DNA from: a bacterium
Lineage (GTDB): Bacteria; JAAXHH01
Length of the DNA stretch: 64,000 nt
Reading direction: 5' to 3'
Assembly (NCBI GenBank): GCA_965200485.1
Contig: CBDAUD010000002.1
Location: forward strand, 242,743 to 306,742
Shown: piece after piece, positions 1 to 8,021 of the stretch
Layout: every line of letters starts with the position of its first letter
How positions within the stretch are numbered: the first letter of the stretch is position 1
Translations under genes and position numbers: made by a program
The notes under the pieces: model-generated
The model's database searches: none
Seen by the model: the letters and a program-made list of their open reading frames with translations, nothing else
What the model was told of the DNA's origin: nothing

Positions 1-13
1 AGAACGGCGCATC

Positions 14-1036
14 ATGACAAAGTGTGCGATTATCGGGGTCGGGGGCGGAAGGGCGAGGGGGTTGGCCGAAGCTTATCGGCACGTAAATCAAGGCCGGCTG
101 GCCGCCGTGTCGAGTCGCCAGCGGGACAGGCTCGACGCGTTTGCTTCCGCCTTTGAAGTTCCCGCGCGGTACACGGACTACCGCGAAATGTTCGAGCGGG
201 AGCGGCCGGACCTGGTCCACGTGAATACGCCGCCCTCGGTGCGCCTGGAGATTTTCGAAGCCGCCGAAGCGGCCGGCGTCCCGGGTCTGCTTGTCGAAAA
301 ACCCCTCGCCATCCAGGGCGAGGATTTCTGCGCGATTCGGGCATTTGCGCGGACAGCCCGCGTCAAGATCGCCGTCAACCATCAGCTCCACTTCCATCCG
401 CGTCGGAGCAAGCTGCAGCGGCAGGTGCGGGAAGGCGCCATAGGGAAGCTCCGCTTTATCGAGGCGAGTGCGGGCATGAATCTGGCCTACCAGGGCACTC
501 ACGCGCTGCAGGCGATAAGCGCTTTCAATCCAGGCGCCTCGCCGGTCGACGTCTTCGGGCAGGTATCGGGCGCCGGGGGCCTTCGGGAAACCCCCAAACA
601 TCACTATGCGCCCGATCAATGCACTGCGGTCATCAACTATGACAACGGGGTGAGCGCCCTGCTGCGCTGCGGCGATCTCGCGCCCCGCGTCGTAGACGGT
701 CCGGTAAACATGCACAAGCGAATCGCGGTGTACGGAGAGGCGGGTTTCGCGCACTGGACCATGCACGGCTGGGAAACGCGGATCGGCAACATCCCCCGCG
801 ACGGCACGCACGTCTATGCCGAGGAAGACGTCCTGGGTCAGGCCGCGATGACCGAAGCCATGATGGACTGGATCAAGGATGACCGCGCCGTGAATCCGCT
901 GAACATCGATTCGGCGCTCAAGGACTTTGGCGTGATACTGGGGATTTACGAAAGCGCGCTGGAGCGCAGCGTCGTCAAGCTGCCCTCGAATCCGCCGTCC
1001 GGTATGATCGAACAACTGCGGAGCGCGCTGGGGTGA
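14..1036 (+). CDS. Gfo/Idh/MocA family NAD(P)-dependent oxidoreductase
   Basis: 340-aa ORF. N-terminal Rossmann dinucleotide-binding segment (CAIIGVGGGRARG). EKP motif (LLVEKPLA) characteristic of Gfo/Idh/MocA. High-GC3 coding frame. Confidence 0.8.
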   Translation: MTKCAIIGVGGGRARGLAEAYRHVNQGRLAAVSSRQRDRLDAFASAFEVPARYTDYREMFERERPDLVHVNTPPSVRLEIFEAAEAAGVPGLLVEKPLAIQGEDFCAIRAFARTARVKIAVNHQLHFHPRRSKLQRQVREGAIGKLRFIEASAGMNLAYQGTHALQAISAFNPGASPVDVFGQVSGAGGLRETPKHHYAPDQCTAVINYDNGVSALLRCGDLAPRVVDGPVNMHKRIAVYGEAGFAHWTMHGWETRIGNIPRDGTHVYAEEDVLGQAAMTEAMMDWIKDDRAVNPLNIDSALKDFGVILGIYESALERSVVKLPSNPPSGMIEQLRSALG

Positions 1037-1048
1037 CTTTCGAACAAC

Positions 1049-2632
1049 TTACGAACCGTCGTTCACCTGCATGTACATGAACGGGGGAATCGTGAGGGCG
1101 ACTACGTCGTCTCCGCCGGTGACTTCGCGGGCCTGCCCGAGGGCGTGTTCCAGGTTGGGCGCCCAGGAAACCCCAAGCCGCTTCGCCGCAAAGTCGGTCT
1201 TCGGTCCCGCCAGAATGACCCTGGACAGGTATTTCAGCGGATAGGTTGCCCAGTACCACACGGTGAAGGGATGGAAGCCGTGGTGGGCGAACCGGTTTCG
1301 GTAGCAGTCGATCAGGTGCGGGTCCCGCGCGAACCTCTCCTGGAACGCCGATTGCATCTCGAAGGGATCCTGCGTCTCGGGCAGCACTTCGTTCCAGAAC
1401 TTCTCGTAGGCGACGTGGTACTCGGGATGGAAGGATTCGAAGACCGGGTTCAGGATGATGACGACGCCGCCCGGTTTCACGAAAGGCTTGTTGTAGAACC
1501 AGTTGAACACGTATCCCAGCACATCGCTTAACACCAGCACCGGGTTTATACGCGCATCGACCGAATAGGGGCTCAGATCGGGCAGACCGAAGACCAGCGT
1601 GTCGTGCTGATGGTCGGTCGTCACCAGCAGCTGGTCCTTCAGGATCTGGAGCGTCGGTTCGTGGACCGCGTCGATGGAACCCGCGTTGATGGTCATGGGA
1701 CGGTAGGCGCTCCGGATACCCTTGAAAACCCGGAAGCGCAGCGGCTCGGGCAGCAGTTTCATGGACACGGGCGCTGCCGCCTTCAGGACTTTCTCGAATA
1801 CGTTGCACTGTTCCTTCGGTTTGCTGAGATAGCGCATCATCGGCGGATAGGACGCATTGTTCATGGCCGCCTCGAGCACCATGATGCGCGTGTGTTTCAG
1901 GATGACCCGGCTGATTCGCTCAATCGAGGCGTGCATGTGGGAGCCTTCCGGCTGCATCACATGCGGCTTGTCCGCGGTCATCTGCGGCGCGTGGTGCGGC
2001 GCGATGCTGTTGTACGTGCCCAGTCCCACGGCCACAGACTTGTGTCCGCCGTTCAGCGGGATCTGGATGGAATCCACATAGATCACCAGATCGCTCTCCA
2101 CGACCTTGCGGCTGGTCTCCACGGGTTCCCCTTCTTCCGTCGTGCCCAGCACGACGATGTCGTCGGGGTCTTCGGCATCGAAGTTGACCAGTTGACTGGG
2201 ATGGAAGGCCTTCATGATCCGTTTGCCCAGCATGGCCGCCAGTTCCGGGGTCTTCATCTTGCGGTGCAGGGCGACCGCGCACATGAGTTCGATGCGCTCC
2301 CGCTTCACCCCGTAGCTGAAGAGCATGTCCAGCAGGGTCTCGATGGCGAGCTGGCGGATATCGGGCGGCGCAGTGGCCGGAAAAGGCTGGCAGTTGTCGT
2401 CAAAGGCTATGAGCACCTTGCTATTCGCATCGACCAGTTCTTCAAGGGGCGGCATGTCCAGAGGAGATTCGAAGGCTTCCCTTACCCGGACCGGGATGTG
2501 CCCGTTCTGAATTCCGGGCAGTGGCGGCGGCGGAAAGAATACCGACGCCTCTTCGGGGAGGCGGGCTTGGACGAGATTGTTTCCGGAATAGGTAAGGTAG
2601 TTCATTGCGCACCCCGCGTTGCGAGCAGGCAT
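1049..2632 (-). CDS. LarA-like (lactate racemase N-terminal domain, DUF2088) family protein
   Basis: 527-aa ORF. N-terminal pattern KVLIAFDDNCQPFP resembles the LarA substrate/Ni-pincer region (hhhhhxDxTRPxP-like). Length and His-rich core are consistent. Assignment from motif resemblance only. Confidence 0.45.
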   Translation of the reverse strand: MPARNAGCAMNYLTYSGNNLVQARLPEEASVFFPPPPLPGIQNGHIPVRVREAFESPLDMPPLEELVDANSKVLIAFDDNCQPFPATAPPDIRQLAIETLLDMLFSYGVKRERIELMCAVALHRKMKTPELAAMLGKRIMKAFHPSQLVNFDAEDPDDIVVLGTTEEGEPVETSRKVVESDLVIYVDSIQIPLNGGHKSVAVGLGTYNSIAPHHAPQMTADKPHVMQPEGSHMHASIERISRVILKHTRIMVLEAAMNNASYPPMMRYLSKPKEQCNVFEKVLKAAAPVSMKLLPEPLRFRVFKGIRSAYRPMTINAGSIDAVHEPTLQILKDQLLVTTDHQHDTLVFGLPDLSPYSVDARINPVLVLSDVLGYVFNWFYNKPFVKPGGVVIILNPVFESFHPEYHVAYEKFWNEVLPETQDPFEMQSAFQERFARDPHLIDCYRNRFAHHGFHPFTVWYWATYPLKYLSRVILAGPKTDFAAKRLGVSWAPNLEHALGQAREVTGGDDVVALTIPPFMYMQVNDGS

Positions 2633-2753
2633 GATATAACGTCGTCGATCCGGAGCGAACCGTGCTTTCGTCGGTCTTCCGCCGGCAGTCTTGCCGACGG
2701 AACTTCAGGCTGGTCTTGTCATTATAGCGTGGCCATCGCACCGCATCAACCGA

Positions 2754-5516
2754 TTAATCGGCGCTTGGACTGGTGTTGTACGATTCTGCGTCCCTGGCGG
2801 CTGCGACGATCGAGTCGGCGATACCATTCGACCCGGTAGCCCAGCAGGTCCGCCATTGTTTTTTGCCGCATGATTTTCTGATTTCTCTTCCCAGATTGGT
2901 TCGCATGTAGCCCATGAGCACCAGCATGTCATGCGCTGCCAGCTCCGACTTCACCTCTTCCAGATACTTGTTCCAGTTGCTGCTCCAACCCGAAAAGATG
3001 AAGGTGACGTCAACATGAAGCGTCCGCTTCTTCAGGTTTTCTCGAATGTCACTTTCCAGTTTGGCCTGTCTCTCGTCCCCTCCGATGAACAGTACCTTCA
3101 GTGGTTTTGAGGCCTTCCATGCAATCTCTTCCTCGGAAGACTCGGTAGGTGTATCTTCTGACTTCAATAGGGCTTTCAGCCGATTGCTTTCCTGCACATA
3201 GTAAGTCTCAGGCAGTCCATACCCGCGTATATGCTCAAGAATGCCTTTGGCGGCGTACAGATCGTTTTTGGCTGCATATCTATAGAAAAGCTGTTTCATG
3301 ACGACTAGGGCTTCTTCGAAGTCTCCACAGGCCTCTAAGCCGTGCGCCCTGGCGACAATCGCTTCCTCCTCACTCCAGGCAAGCTGGTAATTTGCAGGAA
3401 AGCGCAAGAGGGCTTGAAACGCTTTGGTGCCTGCACCTTCAATTGCAAGGTGCTCTAGTTCACCTAGGATTTCCTCGGCTTCGTCACGTCTTCCGGCCAT
3501 CAGGCAGCCGCCAAGACAGTTTCTGAGGATCTTTGCAGATTCTTCACATCGTCCAAGTTTCCGGGCTTTTTCACGCAATGCCGCTGAAACGGTTCCCGTG
3601 GCGACTGCCGTGTCGTTGGATGCAAGCACGTCCAGGGCGTCTTCGCTGCCCTGTTTCAGCAATACGGAAACGAACTTCGAAAAAACTTCGGACGAAGTGC
3701 CGATTTCCAGTCCCGCCAACGTTGGATCAATCAAATAGGAGGGAAAAGCGATTCCCGATTCCATCGCGTCCATCATGATGCCGGCTGCGTGGTTCAGGTC
3801 ACCGGAGGATTGGGCCCGTCCGGCCTTTGCTATGCCCAGGTACAGGTTAGTGCGTCCGATTAGGGACTTGCTGTAGGACGTCGGTTTACTGCGGAAGTGG
3901 CCCCGCGCACGCTCGAAGTGATTCGGGGCCTTGTCGAATCGCCTGTTGCCGATTTCCAGCACACCCAGACAGTAGTGTCCATGGGAAGCATACTGAACGT
4001 CTTGGCGGATGGACTGCCGGTACTGGTTCGAACCTTCCTCCAGCCTATCCATGAAATCCGCCAGATCCGCATTCTTCGGTGGCAGTGAGACCTCTTCAAG
4101 CCGGTTGAAATCTCCGGCGAGCATGCCGAGGTCAGCATGCACCATCGCCTGGTTGTTTGGATCGGGTTCCAGCTGTTGAAGATCGGTCAGGAATTCCCGG
4201 GCTTTCTCGTGTTCATTCAACAACCGAAGACAGTGCGCCTGACGCCTGCGCACGGTGAGGAATCGGGCGTGCGCAGGCGGGAAGCCCTGCTTTTCCAGAT
4301 CGCGGACTGCGTCCATCAGCCTGTCAAAGACCAGTCTTGCTTCGCCCGGGCCTTCTTCGTACAGCAGGTCGGTGCCGATTTCAAGCATCTCCTGAAACAG
4401 CGGGCTACCGGGTTTTCGGATTGCCTTGGGTTTTACGAATTCGGCAACCTCGGCGGGACGCTTGGCATGTTTCAGGGACCGGACGACGTACAGGGCCGCT
4501 TCATCTGTCGCTGCGTCTTCACCGTCCCCAAGACGCCGTACGATGGGATTGTCGTCATACACCTTCAGGATGTCCACGTCACGCGCCAGGTGCGCCAAGC
4601 CGTTTACTACACCGGCCCAGTACCACCGGCTACCTTCCGAAACCAGTCCCAGACCGAGCTGTCTGTCAAACACCGCATCCCTGAAACCGTTGTGGAAGTG
4701 AGTATGATGTCTCTGTGCGTTAAGACTCAGGAATTCATCCACTATATCGTGTATTTCGTCTTCCTTCGGGGCACCGGCAATCCCCGACTTCGAGGCGGCA
4801 ATCGCATTGCGAACCAGTGTATCGAGCGTTGTCAGGCGATCCGAATCTGGACTGCTTTCACGTTCGGCATCTTCGTACCGGTCTGCCCCGTCAGGCTCGA
4901 TTGATTCGGGTTCGACAGGCCTTGCGATCTCGTCACAAGCTGTAATTCCTGCCAGCCAACTCAAAAGATGCGGTTCCAGGGGGGTTCGCTGACACGCGAG
5001 CGTCATGAAATAGAGGACTACATTGCGCCATTCGTGGTTTTCGAGGAGGGTATTCGCGGCTCCATGTACGGAATCTTGCGACAGGCCAGTCCCCGCATTT
5101 TCCAGAGATTCCGACATTTGGCCGTTTTCGTTCTGTATACCAAGCGCATCCAGAAAGGTCTTGCACATGCCGTCCTGAACGGTGTGGAATGCGTGAAGCA
5201 AACGGATGGCGAAGACGTTGGTCAGAGACAGGTTTTTCAGGACTTCGACGATTTTCCCGTTATCCCATTTCGCAACGGTCCTGGTTCTGAAGTTGCGTGC
5301 CGAGGCGATGAGCGCGACCAGGTGGTCGCGCCCGTCGTCCTGATCGATGTATGAAGTCAGCGCGACCCGTTTTTCGTGGTCTTCAAGGCACATCCACAAT
5401 CGTTGGCCACTCAGTCGCTTCGGGTTTTCTATCAGGCGCGCCAGGATTTGCGGGAGTTGTCCTATGGCGTTTGCGTCCCGACTGCCCGAGCCGGTACTCT
5501 TTTCAGGTTGATTCAT
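2754..5516 (-). CDS. Orphan 920-aa protein: unknown N-terminal domain, acidic linker, TPR-like helical repeats, C-terminal Rossmann/CheY-like (DUF2325-like) module
   Basis: Single long ORF with TAA stop at 2754-2756. Visibly lower GC than flanks (many AT-rich codons). No Walker A, nuclease, protease or kinase motif recognised. C-terminal segment KVLFIGGDERQAKLESDIRENLKKRTLHVDVTFIFSGW...HDMLVLMGYMRTNLGREIRK has an alternating beta-alpha pattern typical of small flavodoxin-like folds. Confidence 0.7.
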   Translation of the reverse strand: MNQPEKSTGSGSRDANAIGQLPQILARLIENPKRLSGQRLWMCLEDHEKRVALTSYIDQDDGRDHLVALIASARNFRTRTVAKWDNGKIVEVLKNLSLTNVFAIRLLHAFHTVQDGMCKTFLDALGIQNENGQMSESLENAGTGLSQDSVHGAANTLLENHEWRNVVLYFMTLACQRTPLEPHLLSWLAGITACDEIARPVEPESIEPDGADRYEDAERESSPDSDRLTTLDTLVRNAIAASKSGIAGAPKEDEIHDIVDEFLSLNAQRHHTHFHNGFRDAVFDRQLGLGLVSEGSRWYWAGVVNGLAHLARDVDILKVYDDNPIVRRLGDGEDAATDEAALYVVRSLKHAKRPAEVAEFVKPKAIRKPGSPLFQEMLEIGTDLLYEEGPGEARLVFDRLMDAVRDLEKQGFPPAHARFLTVRRRQAHCLRLLNEHEKAREFLTDLQQLEPDPNNQAMVHADLGMLAGDFNRLEEVSLPPKNADLADFMDRLEEGSNQYRQSIRQDVQYASHGHYCLGVLEIGNRRFDKAPNHFERARGHFRSKPTSYSKSLIGRTNLYLGIAKAGRAQSSGDLNHAAGIMMDAMESGIAFPSYLIDPTLAGLEIGTSSEVFSKFVSVLLKQGSEDALDVLASNDTAVATGTVSAALREKARKLGRCEESAKILRNCLGGCLMAGRRDEAEEILGELEHLAIEGAGTKAFQALLRFPANYQLAWSEEEAIVARAHGLEACGDFEEALVVMKQLFYRYAAKNDLYAAKGILEHIRGYGLPETYYVQESNRLKALLKSEDTPTESSEEEIAWKASKPLKVLFIGGDERQAKLESDIRENLKKRTLHVDVTFIFSGWSSNWNKYLEEVKSELAAHDMLVLMGYMRTNLGREIRKSCGKKQWRTCWATGSNGIADSIVAAARDAESYNTSPSAD

Positions 5517-5610
5517 GGTCTTTCCTCGAACTCCGGATTATGATGCGGTGATCAGGACAGTGAATCGCGTACTCGAACGACTGTCCGTTCTTGCGTGCAG
5601 GTCTGCATTT

Positions 5611-5658
5611 TCGGTGATTGTCGGTGCATGCCTGTATCTTCGGTGCATATCTGTATCT
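5611..5658. repeat. Tandem 19-bp direct repeats (tcggtgcatNNctgtatct x2 plus a partial third copy) in the leader upstream of the 920-aa orphan gene
   Basis: Copy 1 5621-5639 tcggtgcatgcctgtatct. Copy 2 5640-5658 tcggtgcatatctgtatct. Degenerate copy tcggtgattg at 5611-5620. Adjacent 7-bp-stem inverted repeat ggacagt...actgtcc at 5555-5586. Confidence 0.8.
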
Positions 5659-5923
5659 CTAAAGTATTGGACACCGGACCACGAACAACTGTATTTTGAA
5701 CTGGCTGAATGCAGATGGAGGAGCTGCTATCAAACATCATTTTCCGCCAGCTGCAATGAATCCTGTAGTGGAACGAGAGCTGAAGCAGCAACGGACTCCG
5801 AAACCGGCCGATCGCCGAAAGGCGCACATCCACGGTCGGCACGGCGAAGCCCTTTGCGTATGCGCATCATCCCGGCTTGACCGAAAAAAACATCCCGGTC
5901 CGACCGGCTACCGGTATGCTGAT

Positions 5924-6463
5924 ATGATCAAAATCCGCCCGATTCGCTCTATGTGCTTCGCTTTGGTCGCGTTCGTCCTGCTGGCTGCGGGATCGGTCCA
6001 TGCCCAGGGCGCGGAGTTTGCCCTGCACGGCGGGCGTGCGCTGGACGAGTACAGGAACGGCTTGGGCGGCGGTGCATACCTGAACATCCCCACCGGGATC
6101 AGAACGATTCACGTGGGAGCGCGGGGGACCTACCATATCCCCACGAAAACGGACGAGGGCGAGATTTCCCTGCTGATGTACGGGGTTGACGTGGGCGTTA
6201 CGCTCCTGTCCTCTCCCCTGGTCGTCCGCGCGGTAGGCGGGTTGGGACGCGCGCAGGCTTCATATGAGCAGGTGATCGTGGAGGGAGATGTCCGAACGGA
6301 TATTACCCGGACGACGAACACTTACTACATGCAGCCGGGCGTCCTGGTCGGCGTCTCGCTCGGCCTCGCCTTCGTAGGCATAGAGGGCCGATATGTCCGC
6401 CTGGACAAGGGCATCCGCACGTATGCCGCGTACGCCACGGTGGGCTTCAAGGTAGGACGCTGA
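5924..6463 (+). CDS. Outer-membrane beta-barrel protein (OmpA-like/porin-family barrel)
   Basis: ATG at 5924 begins MIKIRPIRSMCFALVAFVLLAAGSVHAQGA (signal peptide, cleavage after AQG/A). The mature part has alternating hydrophobic beta-strand periodicity and a C-terminal aromatic-ending strand (ATVGFKVGR). The ORF-track start at 5696 is an upstream extension without a signal peptide. Confidence 0.55.
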   Translation: MIKIRPIRSMCFALVAFVLLAAGSVHAQGAEFALHGGRALDEYRNGLGGGAYLNIPTGIRTIHVGARGTYHIPTKTDEGEISLLMYGVDVGVTLLSSPLVVRAVGGLGRAQASYEQVIVEGDVRTDITRTTNTYYMQPGVLVGVSLGLAFVGIEGRYVRLDKGIRTYAAYATVGFKVGR

Positions 6464-6467
6464 TCCC

Positions 6468-6884
6468 ATGTCGCTGCTCGACTCCTGCCGAAACGAGATA
6501 GAAGCGTTGCACCGCTGTTTCGATGACTGGTTCAATGGCCGCGTGCCCAAGACCACGGCGTCTTTTGGCCGTATCGAGTCGGCGCTGGATGAAGCTTTCG
6601 TGATCGTCATGCCCCAGGGGAGGAAGGTGGCGCGCGCGCCGTTGCTGAAAGGCCTCTACGACGCGCACGGCGCCCGTTCGGGTATTCGAATCTGGATTGA
6701 GCAGGTCCGCGTGCTGGCAGAAGATCGCCAGCTTGTCGTTGCCGAATACGAGGAATGGCAGGAGGAAGACGGGGAGATCACTTCCCGGCACAGCACCGCG
6801 GTCTTCCGCCGCGACAGCGTCCTGCCGGAAGGGCTGGTGTGGTTCCGCGTGCACGAAACCTGGTTCGACGGTGCGTCTGCGTGA
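6468..6884 (+). CDS. Hypothetical protein, NTF2-like/SnoaL-like fold (DUF4440-like)
   Basis: 138-aa ORF immediately downstream of the OMP gene. Pattern of conserved aromatics (WF, W-E-W, WFRVHETWF) resembles NTF2-like proteins. Weak assignment. Confidence 0.4.
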   Translation: MSLLDSCRNEIEALHRCFDDWFNGRVPKTTASFGRIESALDEAFVIVMPQGRKVARAPLLKGLYDAHGARSGIRIWIEQVRVLAEDRQLVVAEYEEWQEEDGEITSRHSTAVFRRDSVLPEGLVWFRVHETWFDGASA

Positions 6885-6949
6885 AAGCCCTCGCTTAGTC
6901 GAACCGCATCGCCGATGCCGAACCTACCGGAATCAGCGACGGTATCCAT

Positions 6950-7957
6950 TCAGAATCGGGTGGATTCGAAGGCTTCATAGGGCGGCGATACGTTGAACTC
7001 GCCCGCGATTTCCTCCAGTTTCAGGCGGTGGTCGTCGCTCAGCGGCACCCCTTTCGCCTCGTTTTCCTTTTCCCACCGCCATTCCATCCCGCCGGGTAAT
7101 TCAGCATGGGGCATGCCGGGAAACGGTTTCATGCTTCTTGCTTTCGAAACGAAATCGTCCAGGGTTTGCTCGAACTCCTCCACGTCCATGAAGTGATCGA
7201 TCCTCATCGCCAGCAGGAAGGCGCCCTGGTTGGAGTCCCATTTGGACGCTGGTGGCTGCAGCTCGGGCTTCCAGATGCCGGCCAGAATCCCCCCCAATGT
7301 CTGGAGTGCGACCCCCAGGCCCAGACTCTTGGCAAAAAGGGCATAGTGTTCTTGGAACAGCGCGTCCTGGTATCCCATGAAGACGGCGGCCATATCGAGC
7401 ACGAGCGGAGGTTGGCTCCGCGTCGGAAAGGCCAGGCTCATGGGCGATCCCCCGCTCGCGGACATGATTACTTTGTTCGGGTCGGGGGCAACGCGGTGCG
7501 TGGAGACCGCCCAGCCCGCGCACCCGTGTTCGATGGCCATGCGGGAATAGTTCCCGGCGGCGCCGAAGTGGTAGTGGTTGCGGGTGGTCACCGCGCCGAG
7601 GCCGTGGCCCCGGGCCTTTTCGATGGCGATCTCCATGCCGCGGTGGGACGGGCCATACCCCATGCCCCCATCCCCGTCAAGTACCGCGATCGTCTCCGAT
7701 TCACGCACCATCGTCACGTTAGGACGCGGATTCACTTCGCCGTCGCGAAGTTTTGGCAGGTATCCGAGGGCCTGCTGCGTTCCATGACTGTATATGCAGC
7801 GTTTGTCGGCCGTTGCGAGCATCCTGGCCATCAGCGCCGCGTCATCGTCCCCCATGCCGGTCGCAATGAACAGGTTCGCAATGAAAGCCGAATGTGTTTC
7901 GTACGGTACCCGGATGCCATGGTCCGGCGGGGTGTTCCGCATGGGGATGGAGGACAT
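6950..7957 (-). CDS. Ldh_2 family malate/L-lactate/L-sulfolactate dehydrogenase
   Basis: 335-aa ORF. Sequence pattern (GHGLGAVTTRNHYHFGAAG, STHRVAPDPNKV) matches the type-2 malate/L-lactate dehydrogenase family (PF02615). Confidence 0.7.
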   Translation of the reverse strand: MSSIPMRNTPPDHGIRVPYETHSAFIANLFIATGMGDDDAALMARMLATADKRCIYSHGTQQALGYLPKLRDGEVNPRPNVTMVRESETIAVLDGDGGMGYGPSHRGMEIAIEKARGHGLGAVTTRNHYHFGAAGNYSRMAIEHGCAGWAVSTHRVAPDPNKVIMSASGGSPMSLAFPTRSQPPLVLDMAAVFMGYQDALFQEHYALFAKSLGLGVALQTLGGILAGIWKPELQPPASKWDSNQGAFLLAMRIDHFMDVEEFEQTLDDFVSKARSMKPFPGMPHAELPGGMEWRWEKENEAKGVPLSDDHRLKLEEIAGEFNVSPPYEAFESTRF

Positions 7958-8021
7958 GTCTTCAACCGCCTTTGTGTTTGGTTGCGTGGATGCCCGCGGC
8001 GCCCGCGGGGACCGGATCGGG

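Noticed and set aside
5515-5880. 121-aa plus-strand ORF and 96-aa minus-strand ORF inside the orphan-gene leader
   Set aside because: Cys/Arg/Ser-rich low-complexity translations overlapping the repeat array, with no SD and atypical composition. More likely non-coding regulatory DNA, though a small protein cannot be fully excluded.
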